A DNA stretch of 64,000 nucleotides from Verrucomicrobiota bacterium (GCA_049510745.1 JBEKYR010000005.1:126899-190898); one strand, 5' to 3'; shown: positions 19,767-30,287, counted from the stretch's first letter. Numbers and translations: made by a program. Notes: generated by a model not told the origin, from the sequence alone.

Positions 19767-21398
19767 ATGAGCACACGATCCCTGCGATTCAAAGTTGCCA
19801 CCGAAGATTGGGAGTTTGAACAGATTCATCAACTCAATTACCGCACCTTTGTGGAGGAAATCCCCCAGCACCCCTCGCCGGGCACCCCGCGGCTGGTCGA
19901 TAAATTCCACAGCGGGAACACCTACCTCATCTGTTTGTGCGGCGACCGCGTGGCCGGCATGATCGCGGCGCGGGGGGAGCGCCCCTTTTCGCTCGATCAA
20001 AAATTGCCCAACCTCGATTCCTATCTGCCCCCCGGCCGGCGCATCTGCGAAATCCGTCTGCTCTCGGTCGAGAAAGAGTTCCGCAACACCCAGGTCTTCC
20101 GCGGCCTGGCGGCCTTGATGTGGCAGTACGGCCTGGAGCACGGCTACGATCTGGGCGTCATTTCCGGCACCACTCGACAGCAGAAACTTTACCGGCACCT
20201 GGGGTTTGTGCCGTTCGGACCCCAGGTAGGGACGGGCGAGGCGCTCTTCCAGCCCATGTATCTGACGTTGGAGAATTTTGAAAAGCAGGCCGAGGATTTC
20301 CTGCGCCAGCCGATGCGGGCCAGGGGGGCGGCCAGTTTTCTGCCGGGACCCGTCGCCATTGCCGACTCGGTGCGGCGCGCCTTCGAGCGTCCGCCCGAAT
20401 CCCATCGGTCGGATTTATTCCTCGCCGAGTTTCAGAAGGTGCGCCGGCGCCTCTGCCAACTGGTGCGCGCCCGCGATGTCCAGATCCTGCTCGGCTCGGG
20501 CACGCTGGCCAACGATGCCGTCGGCGCCCAACTGAGTCTGGAGAAAAAACCGGGGCTGATTGTGAGCAACGGCGAATTTGGCGAGCGCCTCATCGATCAT
20601 GCCTCCCGTTTCGGCCTGACCTTTGACAGTTTGAAACTCCGCTGGGGCGAGCCGTTCAACATTCTGGCCATCGAGCACTTCCTCTCGCGGACGCCCCCGA
20701 TCGGCTGGCTCTGGTGCGTCCACTCCGAGACCTCCACCGGCATGTTGAACCCGCTTTCCGCCCTGCAATCCCTCTGCGGGCGCAGCGACGTCAAGTTGTG
20801 CGTCGATTGCATCAGTTCCATCGGCCTGGCCCCGGTCAACCTCGAAGGGGTTTATCTGGCCTCGGGCGCCAGCGGCAAGGGCTTGGCCGGCTATCCGGGT
20901 CTGTGCCTGGTCTTTCACAATCACGCCATCGCCTCCTCGCCCGTCTTGCCGCGCTATTTGGATTTGGGCTGGTACGCCGCCCATCAAGGCGTCGCCTTCA
21001 CCCATTCCTCCAATTTGGTCGCGGCCCTGGACGCCGCCGTGCGGCAAACCGATTGGCCCAGGAAACTGGGCGACGTGGCGGCGGCCTCCGCCCGCCTGCG
21101 CCCCCGCTTGCGCGCGCTGGGGTTTCAACTGGTCACCCCGGACGCCGACGCCACTCCCGGCGTGTTGACCATCGCCCTGCCTTCCGGCCAGGACTCGGTC
21201 GAGCTTGGCCAGAAACTGCACGACACGGGCTTTCTGCTCAGCTACAACAGCGATTATCTCCGGCATCGCAATTGGATTCAAATCTGCCTCATGGGCCAGT
21301 ACTCGGCGGAGAAGCTCGATGCCCTGGCCGACTGGCTGGGCAGTAATGCCGCGCCGCGCCCCGCGAATTCTTTCGCCCACATCACGCTGGCGGGGTGA
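19767..21398 (+). CDS. GNAT (N-acyl amino acid synthase-like) fused to a class V PLP aminotransferase
   Basis: N-terminal CEIRLLSVEKEFRN GNAT strand; C-terminal FLPGPV, GSGTLAND, VHSETSTG, VDCISS, ASGKGL (PLP lysine). Confidence 0.85.
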   Translation: MSTRSLRFKVATEDWEFEQIHQLNYRTFVEEIPQHPSPGTPRLVDKFHSGNTYLICLCGDRVAGMIAARGERPFSLDQKLPNLDSYLPPGRRICEIRLLSVEKEFRNTQVFRGLAALMWQYGLEHGYDLGVISGTTRQQKLYRHLGFVPFGPQVGTGEALFQPMYLTLENFEKQAEDFLRQPMRARGAASFLPGPVAIADSVRRAFERPPESHRSDLFLAEFQKVRRRLCQLVRARDVQILLGSGTLANDAVGAQLSLEKKPGLIVSNGEFGERLIDHASRFGLTFDSLKLRWGEPFNILAIEHFLSRTPPIGWLWCVHSETSTGMLNPLSALQSLCGRSDVKLCVDCISSIGLAPVNLEGVYLASGASGKGLAGYPGLCLVFHNHAIASSPVLPRYLDLGWYAAHQGVAFTHSSNLVAALDAAVRQTDWPRKLGDVAAASARLRPRLRALGFQLVTPDADATPGVLTIALPSGQDSVELGQKLHDTGFLLSYNSDYLRHRNWIQICLMGQYSAEKLDALADWLGSNAAPRPANSFAHITLAG

Positions 21399-21561
21399 CG
21401 GGGCGGACGCCGAACACTTGCTCTATCCACTTCAAATCAAACCAGATGCGCTCGTGCGGGAAGCCGTCCACCGGCAGGCGCGACGCGGGGCTGCCGTCAC
21501 TTTGTTGCAGTTTCCAGTTGTAAATCTCCCGCCAACCTGATACACCATCCGCGCTTGCCAA

Positions 21562-24500
21562 ATGAGAAAAGGATTAATGTTGTTCCCGAAAATCCATAGC
21601 GTTCCAGTTACATTCCGGTGGATGGCCCGCGCGGTTCTGCCGGCGGCCCTCTTCCTGGTGCTGGGCCGGGAGGTCACCGGCCAGGGTTTCAATCCCGGCA
21701 CCCCGGTGGATATCAGCCAGTATGCGGGCAATGAGGTGGACCCGGCGGTGGCCATCAGTCCGCTCAACACCGCCAATGTGTTTGTCGCCGCCATGTCCGA
21801 TACGTCCAACGGCTTGTTTGCCGCCATCAGCGCCAACCAGGGCCAGTCCTGGACCAAGGCCATCATCGCCAACGGCAAGGACAAGTTGGTGCAGGCTTAC
21901 GGCGAGCCGTCGGTCGCCTGGGATGCTTACGGCAATTTGTATGTGGCGTACCTGCCGGCAACCTATGAAGGGGTGGCGGTGGCCATCAGCACCAACAACG
22001 GCAAAAACTTTTCCGCCCTCACCAACTTGGCGGCGGCCGATGCGACCGACACCCCCCGCATTGCCACAGGCCCCAACGGCTCCAACGCTTCGGTTTGGGT
22101 GGTCTATAAGGACTATACTTTGCCCGGAATGCCCCTGGTGGTGGAAGGCCTCCTGGCGACCAACCTCGGAACCAATGTTTCCTTTGGCCCGCCCCTGACG
22201 ATTCCCGGCTCCGCCAACGGCGGGTTTCCCGATATCGCCATTGGCCCGGCGGGCCAGGTCATGGTCGCCTACCAGACTAATCTCACCGGCTCCGCCGCCT
22301 CCAGGATTTTCGTCAGCGTCAATACCAATGCCTTCGGGACCAACGCCTTTTCCACCCCTGTCATCGCGACCGGCGACGCCGTCGGCGGCCTGACTTATAT
22401 TCCCGCCCAACCCAACGGCATCGGCGTCAGCGCGACTCCCGGCCTGGCCTTCGATCTGGACCCTTACAGTTTATTCTACGGACGCGCTTACCTGGTCTAT
22501 TCCGCCCTCGGCTCCCAGGGAAATATGTTCATTGGTTTGCGCTACTCCATCAACAATGGCGCCAGATGGAGCGCGGAAACGACGGTCAACGACGACGCCA
22601 CCGGGAACAGCCACTTTTTCCCGCGCGTGGCGGTCGATCCGGCCACCGGCATCGTGGGGTGCTCCTGGTATGACTGCCGCAACGACTTGGGGGCGGAGTC
22701 GCAAATGCCCATCGAAACCGGGACTGTCAGTTATGTTTTTCCCAACATCAATGGTTCGAACATTGTGGTCATCACCAACGGCATTTACAATGCGACCCTC
22801 AGCGTCGTGACCAACAGTCCGGCAGTCGATGTTTTTACGGTCGTTGTTACCGCCACTAACCTCCCGGGCGATATTGTCGCTTCGGATGGAGTGCAAAACA
22901 TCTTTCTTAAGTCCACTCTTGCAACTTACATGGACTTGGAACTCTCCGGCGACACCAGCACCAATGCGCAAGGCATCAACTCGTCGGTCACCCTCACGTT
23001 GATGGACTTGTTTCCCAACGCCTTTACCGCGGGAAACATGGCCAACCAGGAGCCTATGATGTACGCCACCATCAGCACCAATGGCGGCGTCTCTTTCATG
23101 GCCAACAAATCCGTTCTATCGACCAGTTTGTTGATTAGTCCCGATGCGCCCATCAACCCGCCCGTCCTTGGGTTCGCTTCAAAAGACGTTGGCTCCGGAA
23201 GCGCCCTCGGCTTCGGCAACTACACCGGGCTGGCCTTTTCCGGGGGAAATTTCTATCCGGTGTGGGCCGACAATTCGGATTTCTTCCTCAAAAATCCCAA
23301 TGGGGTGTTAAGCAATTTCGATCTGACCTCATCCACGGTGGTGGTGCCCAGCGCCGATCTGGCGCTCTTTGTCACCAATTCCCCCAACCCGGTCTTGTCC
23401 GCCGGCGTGGTCGTTTTCTCGCTGGTCGTCATCAACAATGGCCCCAACGCCTCCACTTGCGTCGTCACCGACACCCTCCCGGCCAACGTCACCTTTGAGT
23501 CGGTCGTGCCGGCCGTGGGAGCCTCCTATAGCGTCAACGGACAGACCGTGGTCCTGACGTTCCCCAGCATTAGCGCCAAGACCTCTCTCACCAATTTGAT
23601 TCGCGTGACCGCCACCTCTTCAGGCTACGGCACCAATTTCGCCATTGTCTCAGGGCCGCTGCCCGACACGGTGCCCTCCAACAACGTCAACACGCTGGTC
23701 GTCTTGTTCGCCGGCGAAGACTTGGGGGTGAGCATGGCCTCTTCCTCCAGCAACGTCTTCGGCGGGCAAACCATCACCAACACCATCACGGTGTCCAATC
23801 TCGGCCCGGCCGCCAACCAGCAGGTTCTGGTCTCGAATCTTTTCTCCGCCAATTGGGGCCAGATCGCCGTGCTCTCGGGCGGCTGGACTCAGGCCCTGAG
23901 CGCAACTTCCCCCGGCACCTACTCGATCAGCAACAACCTCCTGGTCTTGAACCTGGGGACCTTGTCCTCAAACCAAACCACCAACATCATGGTGTCCGCC
24001 CTGGCTTTGGCGACCACTCCCACCGCCTTCGACCTCGTCTCTGTGTTCAGTCTGGATTACGACCCCAACCTGGCCAACAACGCCGCCAGCATCACCACCG
24101 CCATGACGGCCGAGTCGCTCGGCATCGGCGTTTCAACCTCGCCCACCAACTCCGTCACCGGTATGCCCCTGACATTTACGATCAATGTGACCAACTTCGG
24201 CCCTTCCTCCTATGGATTCGTGACGGTCACAGACACGGTGCCGGCCGGCTTTAATTCGATTACGGTCGTCCAATCTCCCAATCCCGCCACCGTTCAGGGC
24301 AACACCATCTCGTTCCCGGTCGGAGTGCTTGCCAGCAACACGGCAGCCACTCTGGTCTTCACCGCCGTCCCGCAAATCGCCGGGACGGTTACGAACACGG
24401 CCGTTGCTTCTTCGTTTGATTACGCCCCGAACGTCGCCAGTTACATGGTCATCGCCGCTCAACCGCCGCCGCCGCCCATTGAAAATTTCGTCGTCATCCC

Positions 24501-25518
24501 GGGGGGCAGCGGCGCCTTTCTGGTCTGGGATACCCCCGTCAGCGCGACGGCCCAGGCCGCTTATGGGCTGACCCCCGGCTATGGCAGCATTTCCTCCAGC
24601 AACGGACCCTCGACCCATCACATCATCCTGCTCACCGGCTTGCTTCGGGACACCAATTACTACTTCAACGCCTGGTCCTGGGAGAACGGAACCCTCTACT
24701 CCACCAACGGCTCCTTCGGCACCACCAACTCTCTTATTCTCAATACTCAGGATGCCTCCTACACCGGTCTCTGGACGGCCAGCAGCACCGGCATCGGCAT
24801 TTACGGCGCCTACTATCAGTCGGCCAACACAACCCAGAGCAGTAGTTTCACCGCCTCGGCCACCTACACCCCGGTCATTCCCGTCCAGGGCAATTACAAC
24901 ATCTCGATCTGGTACCCGGAAAGTTCCATCTTCTCATCCAACGCCCAGGTCTATGTCTCCGGCGCAACCAATGAAGTCGTCACCAACGTCAACCAAACCA
25001 CCAACGGCGGTAGCTGGCAACCCCTGGCCGGCGACATTTTTTTCACCAACGGCGCGGGCGGCAACGTCGCCATCTACAACAACACCGGGGAAACCAACCG
25101 CGGCGTGGCCGCCAACGCCATGCGCTGGGTTTATGACCCGGCCCAGGACGCTCCGGCCGGGGCCGTTCCCGCCTGGTGGTCTGCTGTCTATTTCGGCCAC
25201 ACCGTCAGCGGTTCGGCCGATGCCGACGGCGACGGCTATTCCAACTATGCGGAATATGTTTTTGGCACCGACCCCACCGATCCCGCCTCCCACCTGAATT
25301 TCTCGGTGACCTCTCTGGCCGGTGGCACCGTCACGGTCAACTTCACGCCCTTCCAGGGTGGCCGCCTCTATCAACTCCTGGCCAGCACCGATTTGATCGC
25401 CTGGACAACCCTCACCAATGCGGCCTCGGTTGACACCAATGGCAACGGCTTCTTCACCGTCACCCAACCGGCCGCCGCCAGCGCCTTCTACCGTCTCTCC
25501 GCCACAGTAACCCCGTGA
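21562..25518 (+). CDS. Large secreted multidomain protein (BNR/sialidase-like propeller, three DUF11-like Ig domains, FN3-like, golvesin/Xly CBD-like, Ca-binding DxDGDG, C-terminal FYRL tail)
   Basis: Asp-boxes SANQGQSW, STNNGKNF, SINNGARW, STNGGVSF; ADL/EDL...NxGP...DxxPxNN repeats; VNQTTNGGSWQPL...ANAMRWV; DADGDGYSNYAEYVFGTDP. Confidence 0.8.
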   Translation: MRKGLMLFPKIHSVPVTFRWMARAVLPAALFLVLGREVTGQGFNPGTPVDISQYAGNEVDPAVAISPLNTANVFVAAMSDTSNGLFAAISANQGQSWTKAIIANGKDKLVQAYGEPSVAWDAYGNLYVAYLPATYEGVAVAISTNNGKNFSALTNLAAADATDTPRIATGPNGSNASVWVVYKDYTLPGMPLVVEGLLATNLGTNVSFGPPLTIPGSANGGFPDIAIGPAGQVMVAYQTNLTGSAASRIFVSVNTNAFGTNAFSTPVIATGDAVGGLTYIPAQPNGIGVSATPGLAFDLDPYSLFYGRAYLVYSALGSQGNMFIGLRYSINNGARWSAETTVNDDATGNSHFFPRVAVDPATGIVGCSWYDCRNDLGAESQMPIETGTVSYVFPNINGSNIVVITNGIYNATLSVVTNSPAVDVFTVVVTATNLPGDIVASDGVQNIFLKSTLATYMDLELSGDTSTNAQGINSSVTLTLMDLFPNAFTAGNMANQEPMMYATISTNGGVSFMANKSVLSTSLLISPDAPINPPVLGFASKDVGSGSALGFGNYTGLAFSGGNFYPVWADNSDFFLKNPNGVLSNFDLTSSTVVVPSADLALFVTNSPNPVLSAGVVVFSLVVINNGPNASTCVVTDTLPANVTFESVVPAVGASYSVNGQTVVLTFPSISAKTSLTNLIRVTATSSGYGTNFAIVSGPLPDTVPSNNVNTLVVLFAGEDLGVSMASSSSNVFGGQTITNTITVSNLGPAANQQVLVSNLFSANWGQIAVLSGGWTQALSATSPGTYSISNNLLVLNLGTLSSNQTTNIMVSALALATTPTAFDLVSVFSLDYDPNLANNAASITTAMTAESLGIGVSTSPTNSVTGMPLTFTINVTNFGPSSYGFVTVTDTVPAGFNSITVVQSPNPATVQGNTISFPVGVLASNTAATLVFTAVPQIAGTVTNTAVASSFDYAPNVASYMVIAAQPPPPPIENFVVIPGGSGAFLVWDTPVSATAQAAYGLTPGYGSISSSNGPSTHHIILLTGLLRDTNYYFNAWSWENGTLYSTNGSFGTTNSLILNTQDASYTGLWTASSTGIGIYGAYYQSANTTQSSSFTASATYTPVIPVQGNYNISIWYPESSIFSSNAQVYVSGATNEVVTNVNQTTNGGSWQPLAGDIFFTNGAGGNVAIYNNTGETNRGVAANAMRWVYDPAQDAPAGAVPAWWSAVYFGHTVSGSADADGDGYSNYAEYVFGTDPTDPASHLNFSVTSLAGGTVTVNFTPFQGGRLYQLLASTDLIAWTTLTNAASVDTNGNGFFTVTQPAAASAFYRLSATVTP

Positions 25519-25525
25519 GACGTTT

Positions 25526-26722
25526 TCAGATCTTCGGTTTCTTCAGGCCGAGGTCTTTCTCGTAAGTGCCCATCCGCTTGGGCGGGGTCGGCTGGCCCGC
25601 CTTCAGTTCCAAGGGCAGCAATCCCAGGCGCGTGGCGGCCACTTCGGCCATCGCGGTCTTGGGAAATCGCTCGATGATGCGGCGCAACGCCTGCTCCGCG
25701 CCCGGTCGGTCTTTGGCGCAACGGATGTGGAACGTCGCCAGGAGATTGAGCCAGCGCGCGACGTGTTTGGGCGTCTCCTCCGGCAACGCAATCATCTGTT
25801 CCAGTTGAGCCGCCGCCAAATCCAGCCGCTGAAAATGCTCGGCGTACAAAATCGCCAGCTTCTCCCGCACCTCGGTGTCCGCGGGATATTGCTCGAGTTG
25901 TTTGACGCACTCCGCCGCCAGGGCATCGGCATCGACTTTTGCCGGCTCCGTCGGGCCGCCCTTCTCCAGGCCGATCTTCCGCAGGCTCGTTTGCACCTCG
26001 AACTTGGCGTTCTCGCGCTGCCGGCGCGTTTCGTCAACGCCCCCAAGGTGGGCCAGGCGCTGCTCGGCCGCGTGGGCGAATTGCGAATCGGGAAAGAGTT
26101 TCACCACCCGTTCCAGCGCGGCCCGCGCCGCCGCCGTATCACGTCCGAATTGCAATTGCCAGTCGGCCAGCGCGTGCAGGGCGCTCACGGCCGCGTGGGG
26201 CTTCAGGCCCGGTTGCGCCAGCAGTTCCTCTAGCGTCGCCTCCGCCGCCCGCACATCGTGCTTGTCTTCGGCCTGGATCGTCGCCAGCATCATGTAGCCG
26301 GCGGCGTCACCCGGAAACCGCTCCAGTTGTCCGCGCACTTCGGCTATGGCTTCGTCGAAAAGGCCCTGCCGCCGTTTGCCTTCGGCGGCGTAATAAAACG
26401 GCTTCAACTCGACTTCCTCGTCTCCGCCGGTGATGCTGTCCGTCAATGGTTTGGTCAGCAAACGGCCCATGGTCGGCGCCCACAGGGCGGCGAGGATGAC
26501 GGCTGGAATCAGAATGCGCAAGACCAGGAACGGTCCGCCATAGCGGTCGGCGATCATCCAGCGCATGAGCACCAGCAGCGCCGCTGACACGCTCCATTTG
26601 ACAATCAATTTCGGCCGGTCGTCGCTCTGTTCCAGTTTGCGATAACCCAGAACGCCCAGCACTGGCAGAACGATCAGCCAGCAGAGCGCGTCAAAGGCGC
26701 CGCTCGAGAGGAACGCGATCAC
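25526..26722 (-). CDS. Membrane-anchored tetratricopeptide repeat protein
   Basis: Three N-terminal TM helices, then repeated helical units ending in xFP (LERFP, VKLFP, IERFP). Confidence 0.75.
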   Translation of the reverse strand: MIAFLSSGAFDALCWLIVLPVLGVLGYRKLEQSDDRPKLIVKWSVSAALLVLMRWMIADRYGGPFLVLRILIPAVILAALWAPTMGRLLTKPLTDSITGGDEEVELKPFYYAAEGKRRQGLFDEAIAEVRGQLERFPGDAAGYMMLATIQAEDKHDVRAAEATLEELLAQPGLKPHAAVSALHALADWQLQFGRDTAAARAALERVVKLFPDSQFAHAAEQRLAHLGGVDETRRQRENAKFEVQTSLRKIGLEKGGPTEPAKVDADALAAECVKQLEQYPADTEVREKLAILYAEHFQRLDLAAAQLEQMIALPEETPKHVARWLNLLATFHIRCAKDRPGAEQALRRIIERFPKTAMAEVAATRLGLLPLELKAGQPTPPKRMGTYEKDLGLKKPKI

Positions 26723-27475
26723 TCACGGCTCTATAGCAAATCTCAATTCCGTTTGCGAGCGCGTTTTCCGGTTCCGAATCTCCATCTTCTCCAGCCGCCA
26801 ATGTCCGTTGACCTTCTTGAAGCTGCTGCCGTGCAGCGAGTATTCCTTGACCCAGTGCCCCTCGGCGTCGTAACCGTCGGCCATCAGCGGCCCGCCGCTC
26901 TCCTTGTCAAAATACGATTTCACCCGCGTGATCCCGCCCCCTTGCGGATTGCGGCTTTCCAGCACATAACACGACCGGTCCAGCCGCGTTTCATCCCGGT
27001 ATCGCCACTGCTCCGGCCAATGCAGGAATTCCAGCCCCAAGTCGGCCAGCGTAAAATCCGACCCCGCCAGGGCTATCCCCGCCTCCGCCGGCGCCACCGG
27101 CTTCAATGGCCCCGCCCCGCTTTCCGCCCCCGCCGCCCGCGCGTAAAGATACTGATTCGGCCCGTTGGTGCTGTGAATAATCACCAACCGCTCCGGGCCG
27201 GCGCCGTTGGTCCCGGCCGCCGTCTCGTAATCGGTTTCCCAAACCCCCTCTTTGACCACGACTCGGCAGACCACAGGCACTTGTCGCGTTTGTTTGCCGG
27301 AGCGGATGATCAGCGTGCCGTGAGTCTCGGTGTTTTCCTCGGGCGCCGCCGAGCGCAATTGTTGGGCCAGGGCCGCGCCGGCCGCCGGGTCTCCAACCGG
27401 GGGCGCTTCGCGCGCCGCCCACCCGTTGGCGCCCGCCGCCGCCAGGGCGATTGCAGCGACAATGCGGAGCCTCAT
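26723..27475 (-). CDS. LolA-like outer membrane lipoprotein-sorting protein
   Basis: Signal peptide; AGSDFTLADL, CYVLES, GHWRLEKMEIRN; ATGA overlap with the lon stop. Confidence 0.75.
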   Translation of the reverse strand: MRLRIVAAIALAAAGANGWAAREAPPVGDPAAGAALAQQLRSAAPEENTETHGTLIIRSGKQTRQVPVVCRVVVKEGVWETDYETAAGTNGAGPERLVIIHSTNGPNQYLYARAAGAESGAGPLKPVAPAEAGIALAGSDFTLADLGLEFLHWPEQWRYRDETRLDRSCYVLESRNPQGGGITRVKSYFDKESGGPLMADGYDAEGHWVKEYSLHGSSFKKVNGHWRLEKMEIRNRKTRSQTELRFAIEP

Positions 27476-29868
27476 TTCGGGGTCAGCGCCAGCGGCAACA
27501 TTTGCGCGATGTTGGTCACGAAATGGGCCTTTAATTTGTTCCGCACCTCGGCCGGCACTTCCTGCCAATCGTTGCGATTATCTTCCGGCAGGATGATGTC
27601 TTTCAACCCGGACCGCGCCGCCGCCAGCACTTTCTCCTTGATCCCGCCGACCCGCAGGACACGTCCCCGCAAGCTGATTTCGCCGGTCATCGCCACGTTC
27701 GACCGCACCTTGCGCTGCACCAACAGCGACGCCAGCGCCGCCACTATCGTCAGGCCCGCGCTGGGACCGTCCTTGGGCGTCGCCCCGGCGGGCACGTGGA
27801 TGTGGATGTCTTTCTTGTCGTAATCGCTCAGGTCCAGCTTCATCGCCGCCGCCCGATTGCGCAGGAAGCTCCAGGCCGTCTGCGCGCTTTCTTTCATCAC
27901 TTCGCCCAGCGAACCGGTCAGGATCAACGCCCCTTTCCCAGGCATGCGCGTGGCCTCGACGAATAGTATCTCGCCCCCCACCGGCGTCCAGGCCAGGCCG
28001 ATGGCGATGCCATAGTCCAGGATGCGTTCGGCCGCCTCGGAGGTGAACACGGCCGAGCCGAGGTAATCGACCAGCATTCCGGGCGTGATGGTCAGGGGCG
28101 TTTGACTGTCGTTGCGTCCCACAATATTCCGGGCCGCTTTCCGGGTCAGCGCGGCGATTTCCCGCTCGAGCTGCCGCACCCCCGCTTCCCGCGTGTAATC
28201 CTGGATGACCCGCCGCAAGGTCGCCTCGGGAAAACGCACCAGCTTCTTCTTCAGCCCGTGCTCTTCCAATTGCCGCGGCACCAAATGCCGTTTGGCGATC
28301 TGCACCTTCTCCGCCGCCGTATAGCTGGGCAGCTCGATCACTTCCAGCCGGTCCCGCAGCGCCGGATGCACCGGCTCCAGCCAGTTGGCCGTTGTCAAGA
28401 ATAAGACGCTCGACAGGTCCCACGGCACGTCCAGGTAGTGGTCCACAAACGCGTTGTTCTGCGTCGGGTCCAGCACCTCCAGCAGGGCCGCCGCCGGATC
28501 CCCCCGGAAATCCGACCCCACCTTGTCCAACTCGTCCAAAAGAATGACCGGGTTGTTCGATTCCAGGCGGCGCAACGTCTGAATGATGCGCCCCGGCAGC
28601 GCCCCCACATAGGTGCGCCGATGCCCGCGGATCTCCGCCTCATCCCGCATGCCTCCCAGCGAAATCCGCCCAAACTTCCGTCCCAGCGCGTCGGCCACGC
28701 TTTTGCCCAGCGAGGTCTTGCCCACCCCGGGCGGGCCGACCAGGCAAAGGATCGGGCCTTTCAAACGCTGCTTGAGCTTGATCACCGCCAGGAATTCCAG
28801 CAGGCGGTCCTTGACTTTGCGCAACCCAAAATGCTGCTCGTCCAGCAACCGGGCGGCGGCGGCCAGGTCCAGTTTGTCCTCCGTGAATTTCGACCACGGC
28901 AGGTTGATCAGCCAATCCAGGTAATTGCGCGCCATGGTGTACTCCGCCACCGCCGGCGGCATTTGCTGCAACCGGTCCAGCTCCTTGAGCGCGATCTTTT
29001 TCGGCTCCTCGGGCAGGTTGTTCTGCTCAATCTGGTCGCGCAGTTCCTTGGCTTCGGCCGCGCCGGGATCGACTTCCCCCAACTCCCGCTGGATGGCCCG
29101 GATTTGTTCCCGCAGGAAATAGTCCCGCTGGCTCTTGGACATCGAGGTCACGACCTCGTTCTGGATTTTCGAGCCGAGCTTGAGCACCTCCAGTTCCCGG
29201 CTCAACAACGGCAGCAGCCGCGTCAACCGGTCCTTGACCAGGGGCATCTCCAGAAGATGCTGCCGCTCCTCCAGGCTCAGGTTCAAATTGGTCGCGATCA
29301 AATCGGACAGTTTGCCCGGGTCCACCGTGTTCAGCGCCATGATCTTCACCGGCTCGGCCAGCGTGGGAGAGAACTTGATGACTTCCTGAAACTCCCGCTC
29401 CGCGTTGCGCGCCAGCGCCGTCAATTCCAGCGAATCGTCCGCCACGTCCTTGAGCTTCTCGGTCCGCGCCACAAGGTAGGGGCTTTGCGACGCATAATCC
29501 ACGATCCGAAACCGGCGCAACCCCTCCACCTGCACCTGCACCGCCCCGTCAGGAAGCTTGAGCATCCTCGCCACCCGCCCCGCGCACCCGTGCTCATACA
29601 AATCCGCCGGAGTCGGATTCTCCACCTCCGGGTGCCGCTGCAACACCAGCCCCAAAAACCGGTCCCCCGCCACCACGTCGTCGATCAGCCGGATGCTTTG
29701 CGGCGTTTCGACCAGCAACGGCGTCACCGTTCCGGGGAAAATTACGATGTCCGACAAGCCCAGGATGGGCAGCGCTTCGGGCAGCGCCTTGGACCATACT
29801 TTGGTCCCGGAAGAGTCGGACGTTCCGCCGGTGCCAAGAATGCTGATGAATTCGGTTTCCGGGGTCAT
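27472..29868 (-). CDS. lon: ATP-dependent protease La
   Basis: Lon N domain, GPPGVGKTS, ILLDELDK, PKDGPSAG (catalytic Ser), GGIKEK (catalytic Lys). Confidence 0.98.
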   Translation of the reverse strand: MTPETEFISILGTGGTSDSSGTKVWSKALPEALPILGLSDIVIFPGTVTPLLVETPQSIRLIDDVVAGDRFLGLVLQRHPEVENPTPADLYEHGCAGRVARMLKLPDGAVQVQVEGLRRFRIVDYASQSPYLVARTEKLKDVADDSLELTALARNAEREFQEVIKFSPTLAEPVKIMALNTVDPGKLSDLIATNLNLSLEERQHLLEMPLVKDRLTRLLPLLSRELEVLKLGSKIQNEVVTSMSKSQRDYFLREQIRAIQRELGEVDPGAAEAKELRDQIEQNNLPEEPKKIALKELDRLQQMPPAVAEYTMARNYLDWLINLPWSKFTEDKLDLAAAARLLDEQHFGLRKVKDRLLEFLAVIKLKQRLKGPILCLVGPPGVGKTSLGKSVADALGRKFGRISLGGMRDEAEIRGHRRTYVGALPGRIIQTLRRLESNNPVILLDELDKVGSDFRGDPAAALLEVLDPTQNNAFVDHYLDVPWDLSSVLFLTTANWLEPVHPALRDRLEVIELPSYTAAEKVQIAKRHLVPRQLEEHGLKKKLVRFPEATLRRVIQDYTREAGVRQLEREIAALTRKAARNIVGRNDSQTPLTITPGMLVDYLGSAVFTSEAAERILDYGIAIGLAWTPVGGEILFVEATRMPGKGALILTGSLGEVMKESAQTAWSFLRNRAAAMKLDLSDYDKKDIHIHVPAGATPKDGPSAGLTIVAALASLLVQRKVRSNVAMTGEISLRGRVLRVGGIKEKVLAAARSGLKDIILPEDNRNDWQEVPAEVRNKLKAHFVTNIAQMLPLALTPK

Positions 29869-29876
29869 GCCCTGGT

Positions 29877-30287
29877 CTAATCGTCAGTCACCGAGATCGA
29901 ATGCGGGCTGGAGGAGGCAAAGGGAACATCCACGCGCAAGAACCCGTTTTGATAAACGGCCTTGCCGCGGCTTAAATCGCAGCCCTCGGGCACCTCGATC
30001 ACGCTCTCAAAGGCGCCGTAATTGATCTCCATGGCCAGAAACTTGCAATGCGGCGAACGGCAGCCGTCGGGCCGCTGCCCGCTGATCCGCAACTGGCTCC
30101 CCTCGACGGTCAACTCCAGGTTCTCCCGTTGCATCCCGGCCAGTTCCACTTTGATGACAACCCCCGAATCGGTCTCATAGACATCGGTGTTGGGGGCCCA
30201 ATGGGTTTCGTGATCTTTGGTAGCGGCAACCCGGCGTTTGGCCAGATGCACTACGGTGCTTATCTTTTGCATGGCGACGGTGGACAT
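29877..30287 (-). CDS. Hsp20/alpha-crystallin small heat shock protein
   Basis: WAPNTDVYET, VELAGM, EINYGAFE, AVYQNGFLRV; start codon uncertain (30305, 30287 or 30272). Confidence 0.9.
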   Translation of the reverse strand: MSTVAMQKISTVVHLAKRRVAATKDHETHWAPNTDVYETDSGVVIKVELAGMQRENLELTVEGSQLRISGQRPDGCRSPHCKFLAMEINYGAFESVIEVPEGCDLSRGKAVYQNGFLRVDVPFASSSPHSISVTDD

